Below, piece by piece: positions 1 through 13,678 of a stretch of 64,000 nt of DNA. The notes beneath the pieces were generated by a model. It had not been told where the DNA came from, ran no database searches, and saw only the letters and a list, made by a program, of their open reading frames with translations. The position numbers and the translations under genes were made by a program. Source of the DNA: Macrostomum lignano (Eukaryota); the NCBI GenBank assembly GCA_002269645.1, contig NIVC01000723.1, positions 186,001 through 250,000 on the forward strand, read 5' to 3'. Numbering within the stretch: the first letter of the stretch is position 1; each line of letters starts with the position of its first letter.

Positions 1-165
1 CTTCGCAGCAACAACTGCCTCAACACACGGCGCAATTAAAAGCAGAAATGACTGGAGCAGCCAGACACCAGAGTTCGTCAGCAGAAACCGGATCCTCGGC
101 TGCTGGAAAAAATTGCGCTGCCCCGAGAAGAAGCTACAAAAGTTCGAAATCTGTCTAATTGCCAT
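1..165 (-). CDS. Possible first coding exon of a gene running off the left edge (hydrophobic stretch, signal/anchor-like)
   Basis: ATG at 165 opens a stop-free frame to position 1: MAIRQISNFCSFFSGQRNFFQQPRIRFLLTNSGVWLLQSFLLLIAPCVEAVVAAK. No family motif is visible. Confidence 0.3.
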   Translation of the reverse strand, partial: MAIRQISNFCSFFSGQRNFFQQPRIRFLLTNSGVWLLQSFLLLIAPCVEAVVAAK

Positions 166-629
166 CGTCCTTGTGTGGAGAGAATTTCGAATCTTTTCGG
201 GAGGCGAATAAAAACTGAGGGACGCGAGCTCCATCCCTACCGAAGGAGCCGATGATGACTGCTTCTTTTCTCTCTCTTGAGTTGGTCTTAAGCAGGGCAG
301 CGGAAGAGGAGTTCAAGTTGAAGAGGCCCCCTGACCATCCTGGCTACCTCACTTCTCTAGAGCGCGAAAAGCGGTTTTCTCTGTGTGAGCAGTTCTCTCA
401 GTGTGTGTGCTTTCCACTCCAGATGTTAAAGCACTCAGCAAGCAGCCCATTCAACCCAGTCAATACAGGTTAGCTGACCCAACTTAAATCCTCGCTGCGG
501 TTCAAGTTTGAACTATAGTTACGAGGCTCTGTGATCATCTCAAAATTGTTTTGACGTTTTGGAGCAGGAAGTTCTTACGATTCGTAGCGATCTTTTGAGA
601 ATTTTAGTCATCACGCTTCACTCGTAGCT

Positions 630-1530
630 TGTTGAGCCAATCAGGAGGCAGCTTGCACGTCTGAGCCAATCAGATAGCTAGCACTCCTAAGCCAATCATC
701 AGGTAGCTAACACGTCTGAGCCAATCAGATAGCTAGCACTCCTAAGCCAATCACGAGGTAGCTTGCACGTCTGAGCCAATCAGATAGCTAGCACTCCTAA
801 GCCAATCATGAGGTAGCTAACACGTCTGAGCCAATCAGATAGCTAACACTCCTAAGCCAATCACGAGGTAGCTAACACGTCTGAGCCAATCAGATAGCTA
901 GCACTCCTAAGCCAATCATGAGGTAGCTAACACGTCTGAGCCAATCAGATAGCTAACACTCCTAAGCCAATCACGAGGTAGCTAACACGTCTGAGCCAAT
1001 CAGATAGCTAGCACTCCTCAGCCAATCAGGGTAGCTAACACGTCTGAGCCAATCAGATAGCTAACACTCCTAAGCCAATCACGAGGTAGCTAACACGTCT
1101 GAGCCAATCAGATAGCTAACACTCCTAAGCCAATCATGAGGTAGCTAACACGTCTGAGCCAATCAGATAGCTAGCACTCCTCAGCCAATCAGGGTAGCTA
1201 ACACGTCTGAGCCAATCAGATAGCTAACACTCCTAAGCCAATCAGGAGGTAGCTAACACATCTTAGCCAATCAGATAGCAGCACTCCTAAGCCAATCATG
1301 AGGTAGCTAACACGTCTGAGCCAATCAGGAGATAGCTAGCACTTCTGAGCCAATCAGGAGATAGCTAGCACTTCTGAGCCAATCAGGAGATAGCTAGCAC
1401 GTCTGAGCCAATCAGGAGATAGCTAACACATCTGAGCCAATCAGGAGATAGCTAGCACGTCTGAGCCAATCAGGAGATAGCTAGCACGTCTGAGCCAATC
1501 AGGAGATAGCTAGCACGTCCGAGCCAACCA
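630..1530. repeat. CCAAT-rich minisatellite: 55-bp dimeric unit switching to a 29-bp monomer
   Basis: ctgagccaat recurs at 661, 716 and 771 (period 55, two agccaatca per unit). After about 1316 the period is 29 (1316, 1345). Confidence 0.95.
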
Positions 1531-2247
1531 AAGGGTATCTGCTTTAAAAAACAACAGAATACAATTAATTGCAGCTAAAACTTGCGAAAGATTTCTATCA
1601 AGTCGCTTTTTGATCCGCAGTAGACTTAAAGGTCAAATACGAACCGACAGCGCCAACATTAATGCCAGGGGCTTATTATATGAAGAAGGCAGCGAAAAAA
1701 CTTCCTGAGCGCTGAAGGCAAATATTCCCCTCCCCCTATCTTTGTTGAGCATCAGTTTGCATTGTGAGCTCCAAGTTTCCAGCTTCCTCTCTGAGCTAAT
1801 ATAGACTCCAGCTTCCTCCCAGCAGCGGCCGGATCAATGGGAGGCCACAGAATCGGAGAAACAGATCCGGGACGTTTGGGATTCTGGGAAAAATATCCCA
1901 TGTATCCCTAGCCACCAAGGAAAGGGAAGCGAACTCGGGGCCATCGGGGAACTCATGGCGTGCTCGAAGGCTGGTAATAAATCTTGCGCCACGATTCTCA
2001 GAGCATCTGCGACTTGAGGGGCGATAAAAGCAAAGCCTGATTCTAAAGAAATCCAACGGACTCGAGCTCCCAGCCTCCCACGCGAATTGGGAAAAGTCAA
2101 ACGAGTGAAACTCGAGCAGGGAATTCAAACGCTTGCGTGACTGAACACATCTGCCATAAGCTCAACATGTGTCAGTAGCGGGGGTGGCAGAGTCAATTTT
2201 TTAATTTAATTGAAATTCTTTTAGCTCAAATCGTTGGCTCAAGTCGT

Positions 2248-4743
2248 TGTCTGTCCTAGATCACACAGTGTCTGTCCTAGATCACACAGTGTCTGTCCTA
2301 GATCACACACAGTGTCTGTCCTAGATCACACAGTGTCTGTCCTAGATCACACTCAGTGTCTGTCCTAGATCACACACAGTGTCTGTCCTAGATCACACAG
2401 TGGCTGTCCTATATCACACAGTGTCTGTCCTAAATCACACAGTATGTCTGTCCTAGATCACAGTGTCTGTCCTAGATCACACAGTGTCTGTCCTAAATCA
2501 CACAGTGTCTGTCCTAGATCACACAGTGTCTGTCCTAGATCACACAGTGTCTGTCCTAGATCACACAGAGTGTCCGTCCTAAATCACACAGTGTCCGTCC
2601 TAAATCACAACAGTGTCTGTCCTAGATCACACAGTGTCTGCCCTAGATCACACAGTGGCTGTCCTATATCACACAGTGTCTGTCCTAGATCACACAGTGT
2701 CTGTCCTATATCACACAGTGTCCGTCCTAAATCACAACAGTGTCTGTCCTAGATCACACAGAGTGTCTGTCCTATATCACACAGTGTCTGTCCTAGATCA
2801 CACAGTGTCTGTCCTAAATCACACAGTGTCTGTCCTAAATCACAACAGTGTCTGTCCTAGATCACACAGAGTGTCCGTCCTAAATCACACAGTGTCCGTC
2901 CTAAATCACAACAGTGTCTGTCCTAAATCACAACAGTGTCTGTCCTAGATCACACAGTGTCTGCCCTAGATCACACAGTGTCTGTCCTAAATCACACAGT
3001 GTCTGTCCTAAATCACAACAGTGTCTGTCCTAGATCACACAGTGTCCGTCCTAAATCACAACAGTGTCTGTCCTAGATCACACAGAGTGTCCGTCCTAAA
3101 TCACAACAGTGTCCGTCCTAAATCACAACAGTGTCTGTCCTAGATCACACAGAGTGTCCGTCCTAAATCACACAGTGTCCGTCCTAAATCACAACAGTGT
3201 CTGTCCTAGATCACACAGTGGCTGTCCTATATCACACAGTGTCTGTCCTAGATCACACAGTGTCTGTCCTATATCACACAGTGTCCGTCCTAAATCACAA
3301 CAGTGTCTGTCCTAGATCACACAGAGTGTCCGTCCTAAATCACACAGTGTCCGTCCTAAATCACAACAGTGTCTGTCCTAGATCACACAGTGTCTGCCCT
3401 GGATCACACAGTGGCTGTCCTATATCACACAGTGTCTGTCCTAGATCACACAGAGTGTCTGTCTTAGATCACACAGTGTCTGCCCTAGATCACACAGTGT
3501 CTGTCCTAAATCACACAGTGTCTGTCCTAAATCACAACAGTGTCTGTCCTAGATCACACAGAGTGTCCGTCCTAAATCACACAGTGTCCGTCCTAAATCA
3601 CAACAGTGTCTGTCCTAAATCACAACAGTGTCTGTCCTAGATCACACAGTGTCTGCCCTAGATCACACAGTGTCTGTCTTAGATCACACAGTGTCTGCCC
3701 TAGATCACACACAGTGTCTGTCCTAGATCACACAGTGTCTGTCTTAGGTCACACAGTGTCTGTCCTAGATCACACAGTGTCTGTCTTAGATCACACAGTG
3801 TCTGTCCTAGATCACACAGTGTCTGTCTTAGATCACACAGTGTCTGTCCTAGATCACACAGTGTCTGTCCTAGATCACACACAGTGTCTGTCCTAGATCA
3901 CACAGTGTCTGCCCTAGATCACACAGTGTCTGTCCTAAGTCACACACAGTGTCTGTCCTAGATCACACAGAGTATCCGTCCTAAATCACACAATGTCCGT
4001 CCTAAATCACACAGTGTCCGTCCTAAATCACAACAGTGTCTGTCCTAGATCACAGAGTGGCTGTCTTAGATCACACAGTGTCTGTCCTAGATCACACACA
4101 GTGTCTGTCCTAGATCACACAGTGTCTGTCTTAGATCACACGGTGTCTGCCCTAGATCACACAGTGTCTGTCCTAGATCACACAGTGTCTGCCCTAGATC
4201 ACACAGTGTCTGTCTTAGATCACACAGTGTCTGCCCTAGATCACACACAGTGTCTGTCCTAGATCACACAGTGTCTGTCTTAGGTCACACAGTGTCTGTC
4301 CTAGATCACACAGTGTCTGTCTTAGATCACACAGTGTCTGTCCTAGATCACACAGTGTCTGTCTTAGATCACACAGTGTCTGTCCTAGATCACACAGTGT
4401 CTGTCCTAGATCACACACAGTGTCTGTCCTAGATCACACAGTGTCTGCCCTAGATCACACAGTGTCTGTCCTAAGTCACACACAGTGTCTGTCCTAGATC
4501 ACACAGAGTATCCGTCCTAAATCACACAATGTCCGTCCTAAATCACACAGTGTCCGTCCTAAATCACAACAGTGTCTGTCCTAGATCACAGAGTGGCTGT
4601 CTTAGATCACACAGTGTCTGTCCTAGATCACACACAGTGTCTGTCCTAGATCACACAGTGTCTGTCTTAGATCACACGGTGTCTGCCCTAGATCACACAG
4701 TGTCTGTCCTAGATCACACAGTGTCTGCCCTAGATCACACAGT
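2248..4743. repeat. 21-23 bp minisatellite (cagtgtctgtcctagatcaca) with a 536-bp higher-order duplication
   Basis: Unit is visible directly. Near-identical ORF translations are offset by 536 bp (3700/4236 and 3993/4529). Confidence 0.97.
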
Positions 4744-4880
4744 ACAGAGTACAGAGTGCCCATCTTATCTCATCTTGCAATAATTCAGACCTAAATTCCT
4801 GTCCTCAGGTTAGTTCTAAGGTTGCGCGGAGAAAAGCTTTCAAACTGCATCTACAATCGATTCACCCACCGATCCGGCAG

Positions 4881-6111
<1,231 letters not shown>

Positions 6112-6434
6112 AGAGCTGTCACAGATCTCTGGACTCTGTTGTTAGTTTCTGAATTGCGTTTGTATTACTCTACTGTCAGTAGCAATGCCGGAATTAAAGC
6201 AGACAGAATTTTACCTTTCTTTGTAAATAATTTTTTCACTATCATCAAAACGGTTTGCCAGATTCACTAGTTTCTGTTATGGCTCTTTTCATAGAATGGT
6301 AGTTTGCTAAATGGAATGAGTCACGCCCATTCCGCTGACACCAGAGCACGCGCTCCCACAGGGTGTACACACTCTATGCACCAGGGGGTTTGCACTTTTT
6401 TTTGTTTGACAAGCCCGGGGCACCGAACTCAAAA

Positions 6435-9400
6435 TCAGGACGCGTCAGACGCTGAGTTACTCCGCCCATCTGAAAACAAATTCCCGAGGCCCAAGTTTGT
6501 CAACTCATCGGCGTTGTCTGTCAGCGGCGGCGCCGTCTGGTCCTCCTCGGTCTCAACCTGCAGCGCCTCGGGCAGGCGCCGGCCGCGCGTCTCCGTCATC
6601 AGGCAGAGCGCGGCGGCGGCCGCGGCGAGAGCGAACCCGGCGAACAGCAGGAACGGCAGCGGGCGCCACAGGCTGCCGAGGGCGGGCAGCAGCGTGCTGA
6701 TCAAGACGCCGATCCGAGACACCAGCGAGCCGCTCCCAACTCCGACGCTTCGCAGATCGGTAGGGAAGACCTCAGCGGCGTACAGGTAGGTGAGGTCGAA
6801 GGCCATGTTGATCCAGAACTTGCCAGCCACCGCTGTGCCGACTCGCCAGGCTGTGAGGCCGGGGAAGTCGCTGAGAACGGCGACCCCGAGCAGACAGAGA
6901 CCGGCCAGGCCGAACGACCCAACAACGCTTGGGCGACGTCCAAGTCGGAGGCTGACGAGAGCGCAGAACAGGCGCGACGGCGGCTCCACGGCGGCCGAGG
7001 CGAGCTGGTTGACGAACACGTTGCCGCCAAGACGACCGATGCCCAGCGTGACGCCGTAGTAAGCGATGGCGACGGAGAAGAAGAGAAACCAGGAGAGCAG
7101 GGCGCGTCGCCGCAGGCTCGGCTCTCCGAGCAGGTTGCAAAAATTTGCCCGCGGCTTCACTCTGGCGTCGCTTTGCTGCTCGGAGAACAGCGCCTCGGTT
7201 GAGAAACTCGTCGGCAGCCTTCGCCCATTCCGACCGTTGTTGAGCCGGTCGATGCGGCGCAGCACCTGGTCAGCTTCGGCGAACCGACCGACGGAGACGA
7301 GCCAGCGTGGCGACTCGCTGAGCAGGAAGAGGCTGAGCGATAGGACCAGACAGCAGAGACCTGAGCATAGCAGCTGGTCCTGGTAGTTCCTGAGCAGGTA
7401 CGCGATGAGGACAACCAGAATGGCCCCCACCGTGCAGCCGTGGTTCAAATTGAGTCCCCAAACTGTGCGATGCTTTGCGTCGGTGAACTCCACCGTGTAG
7501 GCCATGGCGCAAGCCGAGATGCCGCTGTCTCCGTGACCCGCTAGAGCCTGCATGATGCAGTAGAGCCACAGCCAAGGCGCTTGAGAGGCTGCGATGGTGC
7601 AGATGGCGATGTTGAGCTGCGAGATCTGCAATGCGAAATTTGTTACAGTTTTGAGGTGCATAGAAGGGCAGAGGTGCAAAGCTGCAGAGGTGCAGAGGTG
7701 CAGAGGTGCAGAGGTGCAGAGGTGCAGAGGTGCAAAGCTGCAGAGGTGCAGAGGTGCAAAGCTGCAAAGGTGCAGAGGTGCAGAGGTGCAGAGGTACAGA
7801 GGTGCAGAGGTGCAGAGGTGCAAAGCTGCAGAGGTGCAGAGGTGCAAAGCTGCAGAGGTGCAGAGGTACACAGGTGCAAAGCTGCAGAGGTGCAGAGGTG
7901 CAGAGGTGCAAAGCTGCAGAGGTGCAGAGGTACGCAGGTGCAAAGCTGCAGAGGTGCAGAGGTACACAGATGCAAAGCTGCAGAGGTGCAGAGGTACACA
8001 GGTGCAAAGCTGCAGAGGTGCAGAGGTACACAGATGCAAAGCTGCAGAGGTGCAAAGCTGCAGAGGTGCAGAGGTGCAAAGCTGCAGAGGTGCAGAGGTG
8101 CAGAGGTGCAGAGGTGCAGAGGTGCAGAGGTGCAGAGGTACACAGATGCAAAGCTGCAGAGGTGCAAAGCTGCAGAGGTGCAAAGCTGCAGAGGTGCAGA
8201 GGTGCAAAGCTGCAGAGGTGCAGAGGTGCAGAGGTGCAGAGGTGCAGGGGTGCAGAGGTAAACAGGTGCAAAGCTGCAGAGGTGCAGAGGTACACAGGTG
8301 CACAGGTGCAAAGGTGCATAGGTGCAGAGGTGCAGAGGTGCAGAGGTGCAGAGGTGCAGAGGTGCAGAGGTGCAGAGGTACACAGGTGCAGAGGTGCACG
8401 GGTGCAGAGGTGCAGAGGTGCAGAGGTGCAGAGGTGCAGGGGTGCAGAGGTAAACAGGTGCAAAGCTGCAGAGGTGCAGAGGTACACAGGTGCACAGGTG
8501 CAAAGGTGCATAGGTGCAGAGGTGCAGAGGTGCAGAGGTGCAGAGGTGCAGAGGTACACAGGTGCAGAGGTGCAAAGCTGCAGAGGTGCAAAGCTGCAGA
8601 GGTGCAAAGCTGCAGAGGTGCAGAGGTGCAAAGCTGCAGAGGTGCAGAGGTGCAGAGGTGCAGAGGTGCAGGGGTGCAGAGGTAAACAGGTGCAAAGCTG
8701 CAGAGGTGCAGAGGTACACAGGTGCACAGGTGCAAAGGTGCATAGGTGCAGAGGTGCAGAGGTGCAGAGGTGCAGAGGTGCAGAGGTGCAGAGGTGCAGA
8801 GGTACACAGGTGCAGAGGTGCACGGGTGCAGAGGTGCAGAGGTGCAGAGGTGCAGAGGTGCAGGGGTGCAGAGGTAAACAGGTGCAAAGCTGCAGAGGTG
8901 CAGAGGTACACAGGTGCACAGGTGCAAAGGTGCATAGGTGCAGAGGTGCAGAGGTGCAGAGGTGCAGAGGTGCAGAGGTACACAGGTGCAGAGGTGCAAA
9001 GCTGCAGAGGTGCAGAGGTGCAGAGGTGCAGAGGTGCAGAGGTGCAGAGGTGCAGAGGTGCAGAGGTGCAGAGGTACACAGGTGCAGAGGTGCAAAGCTG
9101 CAGAGGTGCAGAGGTGCAGAGGTGCAAAGGTGCAGAGGTGCAGAGGTGCAGAGGTGCAGAGGTACACAGGTGCAGAGGTGCACGGGTGCAGAGGTGCAGA
9201 GGTGCAGAGGTGCAGAGGTGCAGGGGTGCAGAGGTAAACAGGTGCAAAGCTGCAGAGGTGCAGAGGTACACAGGTGCACAGGTGCAAAGGTGCATAGGTG
9301 CAGAGGTGCAGAGGTGCAGAGGTGCAGAGGTGCAGAGGTACACAGGTGCAGAGGTGCAAAGCTGCAGAGGTGCAGAGGTGCAGAGGTGCAGAGGTGCAGA

Positions 9401-10296
9401 GGTGCAGAGGTGCAGAGGTGCAGAGGTGCAGAGGTACACAGGTGCAGAGGTGCAAAGCTGCAGAGGTGCAGAGGTGCAGAGGTGCAAAGGTGCAGAGGTG
9501 CAGAGGTGCAGAGGTGCAGAGGTACACAGGTGCAGAGGTGCACGGGTGCAGAGGTGCAGAGGTGCAGAGGTGCAGAGGTGCAGAGGTGCAGAGGTGCAGA
9601 GGTACACAGGTGCAGAGGTGCAAAGCTGCAGAGGTGCAGAGGTGCAGAGGTGCAGAGGTGCAAAGGTGCAGAGGTGCAGAGGTGCAGAGGTGCAGAGGTG
9701 CAGAGGTGCAGAGGTGCAGAGGTGCAGAGGTACACAGGTGCAGAGGTGCAGAGGTGCAAAGGTACACAGGTGCAGAGGTGCAGAGGTGCAAAGGTGCAAA
9801 GGTGCAGAGGTGCAGAGGTGCAGAGGTGCAGAGGTACACAGGTGCAGAGGTGCACGGGTGCACATATGAAAGTAATTTCGAACTGCCGTTGTCGCACCTG
9901 CATGACCCGCAGCCGACCAATTCGATCAGCGAAGCTCCCGTAGACGAGGCACCCAACGATGAAGCCAAGGTAGTAGCAGCTGGTGGGCAGAGTCGCCAGG
10001 AAGGCCCTGTCGCACACCAGCTCAAATCTGGACACCGCCGTCTCCGTGAACAACGCCTCTTCCACTTGTTGGCTCAAATTCTGATCCGTACAGCTGACCG
10101 GGAGCTGGACAGTGGTGAAGACAGGCGACAATGCAATGGCAACCACGAACACAAACTGACCGATGATCACTAGCAGGGTGAAGACATTGTAGCGACCTGT
10201 GCCACCGATTCTGCTGAAGACGGCATCCAAGTCTGCCAGCAGTGCAGCATCGGCCAGCTTCTCCTGCTTGTCTTCGGTTTCCATCGTGTGCACCAT
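6435..10296 (-). CDS. SLC22 / organic cation transporter family MFS protein, about 529 aa, 2 exons
   Basis: Exon 1 is 10296-9898 (MVHTMETEDK..IGGTGRYN..FELVCDR..GSFADRIGR). Phase-0 intron 9897-7626. Exon 2 is 7625-6435 with SLC22 motifs VEF, LSESPRWL and YLYAAEVFPTDLRSVGVG..SRIG, and ETRG near the C-terminus. Confidence 0.93.
7667..9862. repeat. 8-bp minisatellite (gcagaggt / gcaaagct variants) filling the transporter intron, with a 360-bp higher-order repeat
   Basis: Direct reading. ORFs at 8938 and 9298 begin with the same 99-residue pattern, offset by 360 bp. Confidence 0.97.
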
Positions 10297-10609
10297 CGAT
10301 GCGAGACTCGGACAAGTTTCAGGAGTAGAACTCAAGTAACTCCGAAATAACACGACATAGATTTCCGCTGAGTTTGAAGAGCACACTCAGTATTGTGCTC
10401 ACACAGAGGTCACCATGCTGTGCTTTTGCGTTGCCCGAATTGAACCTGTTAGTGCACAGATTTCAACAGTTTCTTATCTTTAGCTAGAAACAGCGGATTT
10501 CTCACCTGGCAGACGCATTGAGGCTTGACTGTCAATAAAGCAGTTGAGGTGAGCTCAAGTACTCAAGTAGAAGGACGAGAGGCATGCAGGTTTTACAGGA
10601 AAAAGACAT

Positions 10610-10910
10610 AGCGGAGATAAAACTTTTCATTTAGAAAATTAGGGTTCTATGATAATTTTATATTCTACATACATGTGCCATTGCCTAAAAATTATAAAAA
10701 GGGGCTCCACTTGACTCAATTGGTTTTATGAATCTATTTTATCATTTCGTTACACTTTTTATTACACAGTCATTAAGATAAGAATGATAAAATCGATTCA
10801 TGAAACCAACTGAGTATAGCTGTGTCCTTTTTATGACATGTACAATTTTTATGAAGCTTCTATCAAAAGCAATAATAATTTTTGCGCTGAAAAGATGAAA
10901 ACTTCCAATC
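10610..10910. mobile_element. AT-rich foldback/MITE-like dispersed repeat (family shared with 13679-14182 and 32890-33070)
   Basis: Internal inverted repeat (tcaattggttttatgaatctattttatcatt / aatgataaaatcgattcatgaaaccaactga). tatcaaaagcaataataatttttgcgctgaaaa is the approximate reverse complement of about 13780-13818. Confidence 0.55.
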
Positions 10911-11033
10911 CCCGTATATTTTTTCCGGTCAAACCCGCCTCCTACGGGTACTTTCGGACGTTTTGCTACAGTTTAGTGGATACAGGTACTAGTAGATCGT
11001 AAAATAAGGTAAATTAAACCAAAATGATGCAAT

Positions 11034-11310
11034 GGGGTTGTGGCCTAGTGCTTAGAGCGTCGGACTCGCGACTTGAAGATCGGGGGTTCGATTCTCGGTC
11101 ACACTGGATCAATTTGTGTCCTTGAGCAAGACACTTGACTCTGCATTGCTTCAAAATGGGTGCCAGAATTAGCTGGGGTAATTGAGGCTGTGTGTGGCGA
11201 CCCCCCAGTCCTTGGACTGAACAGCCGTACAGCCTTCAGATGCGCCGCGCAATAGCTGCGGCTGAGCTGTCGGTTGCACATCTGGGCCAATTGGCAATCG
11301 TGATCAATTA
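11034..11310 (+). mobile_element. tRNA-derived SINE, copy 1
   Basis: Pol III A-box-like tggcctagtg and B-box ggttcgattc, then a CORE-like gtgtccttgagcaagacacttgac and a GC-rich tail. Homologous copies lie on the minus strand at 49905-50147 and 61670-61950. Confidence 0.85.
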
Positions 11311-12016
11311 AAATGGACACTCGCCCTACTGTCACCAAGTTGGATGTTCTTGTTGGGCTTCAGCTGTTTAATGTACAGCGCCTGTAGGCATGCCGCGCAA
11401 ACGTCATTAAAACTGCAATTTGATTAAAGAAAAAGAAAAGAAAGAAGAAAAGACGCGAATGTTCGTTTTTTCATTCATTTCCCAGCATTGCTAAAACGGT
11501 GTACTCCTACCTTGACTCTAGCTAGGAATTTGTTCTTTTCAGTTTGCCCATTAAACTGGTTAGCCATTATCTACAGCACTGCTCCAAGCATGTGTGTGTT
11601 CTGGGAGAGTGTAAGTCTAATCAGCAAGGAAGCCCTTGGCAACCCGGTCTCCTACTAACAAATTCAATCTCAGAACACTTTTTGGGCCCACTCGTGACTC
11701 GCAGATTCTTAAAAAATAACGCAAAGTTTGTGAGTCGTCTCAGTTCTCACAACCAACTACACACAGTTCGTACGGCTTGTATGCGCGATGGAAATCACAA
11801 AGCCAAGCGCAAGGCTCTACTGATTTTAATTGCAGCAAGCAGAGTTTTTTAGACTGCTATATTTTAGAGGATTGCACTTTTCTGAGGCACTTCAGCTGAA
11901 TTCGAATGGTATGTATGAGAAAATGTTATAAATTAGAAAGAAACTAGATATTATATTAGAAAGAGTACACTGGAAGATAAAAATTTGAATTTTAACCAAT
12001 ATTGTAATATCAACCC

Positions 12017-12467
12017 CGCCCAGTCCTCGCTCACGTCACGCTGAACTCCGCCCAGTCCTCGCTCACGTCACGCTGAACTCCGCCCAGTCCTCGCTCACGT
12101 CACGCTGAACTCCGCCCAGTCCTCGCTCACGTCACGCTGAACTCCGCCCAGTCCTCGCTCACGTCACGCTGAACTCCGCCCAGTCCTCGCTCACGTAACG
12201 CTGAACTCCGCCCAGTCCTCGCTCACGTCACGCTGAACTCCGCCCAGTCCTCGCTCACGTCACGCTGAACTCCGCCCAGTCCTCGCTCACGTCACGCTGA
12301 ACTCCGCCCAGTCCTCGCTCACGTCACGCTGAACTCCGCCCAGTCCTCGCTCACGTCACGCTGAACTCCGCCCAGTCCTCGCTCACGTCACGCTGAACTC
12401 CGCCCAGTCCTCGCTCACGTCACGCTGAACTCCGCCCAGTCCTCGCTCACGTCACGCTGAACTTCAC
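12017..12467. repeat. 32-bp tandem repeat (about 14 copies) derived from the stop-codon region of the lectin gene
   Basis: cgcccagtcctcgctcacgtcacgctgaactc at 12017, 12049 and onward. There are no spacers. The last unit merges into the CDS end (WVKFSVT*). Confidence 0.97.
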
Positions 12468-13160
12468 CCAATCCTCGCCGTTCTCGATCTCCGACTCGAC
12501 CTGAGCGTCGGTGAACAGCAGCAGGCGGCACAGCTTCGACCTCCTGTTGTACAGCGCGCGTCTGCAGTTTTTGTCTCGGCCAGCCGCCGCTACGCAGCTC
12601 ACAGAGCTCGGCATCCCGGTCAGGTCTTTGTAGCAGTACTCGGTGCTCGGCTTGTAGCTGGTCCGCTTGAACTCCACTCGCCTCCAGGCGGCCGGCTGCA
12701 GCTTTGCGGCAGGTCGAGTCGCGGGCCGGAACTCGCACAGGTAGCCGCGAGGCCTCTTGCACAGCGAATTGGCGAGGCTGCCAGGATTCGCTTTGGTAAA
12801 AGTTCTCAAGCAGTCTTGCTTCAAATTACTCGAATTCTGCCCGTACCAGAGCGAGTCGTCCTCTGGCAGGTCGCCGTTGTCGTTGACTCGCTGCCAGCCC
12901 GACCTGCTGCTGCTTCGCTCATCGGCCAGGTCGGACACGCCGATCCACAGGTCCGCACCCGAGGCCAGCCTCTTGATGGAGCTGAGGCTGTTCGCCAGCT
13001 CGCCTCCGAGCGCCGCGCACTCCAGGTTGGCCTCGCACCAGGAGAAGCTTTGGTTGGCGTTCCTGAGCAGGCACGAGTTGGACGAGTTGGAGAACGGACT
13101 CGGGCACAGCGGCTGGGCCTGGGCTGAGCCGAGAAGAGCCAACAAAAGCAGGATTGTCAT
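12447..13160 (-). CDS. Secreted C-type lectin domain + PAN/Apple-like domain protein, intronless
   Basis: Signal peptide MTILLLLALLGSAQAQ. CTLD pattern: CPSPF..C..SWCEANLECAALGGELA..LWIGVSD..W..QDC..C..GYLCE. C-terminal C..SCVAAAGRDKNCRRALYN..CRL fits PAN. The track ORF start at 13199 is TTG; the first ATG is at 13160. Confidence 0.85.
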   Translation of the reverse strand: MTILLLLALLGSAQAQPLCPSPFSNSSNSCLLRNANQSFSWCEANLECAALGGELANSLSSIKRLASGADLWIGVSDLADERSSSRSGWQRVNDNGDLPEDDSLWYGQNSSNLKQDCLRTFTKANPGSLANSLCKRPRGYLCEFRPATRPAAKLQPAAWRRVEFKRTSYKPSTEYCYKDLTGMPSSVSCVAAAGRDKNCRRALYNRRSKLCRLLLFTDAQVESEIENGEDWVKFSVT

Positions 13161-13678
13161 CCCAAATGTTTTCAGTGTTTGCCTGGTTTTTTCTGACAAG
13201 ATTTGCTCAGAAGACTGAAATGGGTAAAGAAATTTATTTCAGAGCCAAATTTTTCCAGATTTAGCTATTGGATGTCGCCATCAAGGGGCTGGTTGCTAGG
13301 GCCAACGACCAGGATTTTAGGATAAAATCAGGAGTTTCATCTAGATTTCAGGGTGAAAACTGATGATTGCATGAGTTTGATCGGCAGCCATCGGTAGGTG
13401 GTTGGGAATGCCCAAAGTTATGAGTTGAAGCGCCGGTGAAGGGGATAAACGTCTTTCTGAAATGACAATTACAGGCTTCGCAGGGCAGGAGTTGAACTTC
13501 TCTCACTGTAAGACAAGTCAGAAGTGTTTTCCTGGGGGTGGAGCAGCTCACCGGTAAACGCGCCAGACTCTTGCGCCACGAGAATTTTGGCTTGTGCACA
13601 AAAACTGGCCAGGGGGTTGTGGTGCCATCAAACCCATGAGGGCCAGCCCCTGTGGCACAGATAGTGTACATGCCTGTT

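Noticed and set aside
1796-2128. 110-aa and 88-aa minus-strand ORFs
   Set aside because: No recognisable motif or splice context.
2444-4783. Many ORFs of SVCPRSH/TVSVLDH type
   Set aside because: They are translations of a 21-23 bp tandem repeat in several frames, with no unique coding flanks.
7270-10386. 1038-1196 aa LHLCTSAP / RCRGAEVQ ORFs as giant Cys-rich proteins
   Set aside because: The repeat lies in a GT-AG intron whose removal restores a normal 529-aa SLC22 protein, and it is open in multiple frames on both strands.
11034-11110. tRNA gene
   Set aside because: A and B boxes are present, but the sequence continues into a conserved SINE body found three times, and no clean acceptor stem is visible.
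11195-11290. Self-cleaving ribozyme in the SINE tail
   Set aside because: Hairpins are present, but there is no hammerhead core (CUGAUGA/GAAA) and no HDV or twister consensus.
12017-12467. 32-bp repeat array as a CRISPR
   Set aside because: Units are head-to-tail with no spacers, there are no cas genes, and the context is eukaryotic. The same applies to the 34-bp array at 50851-51203.
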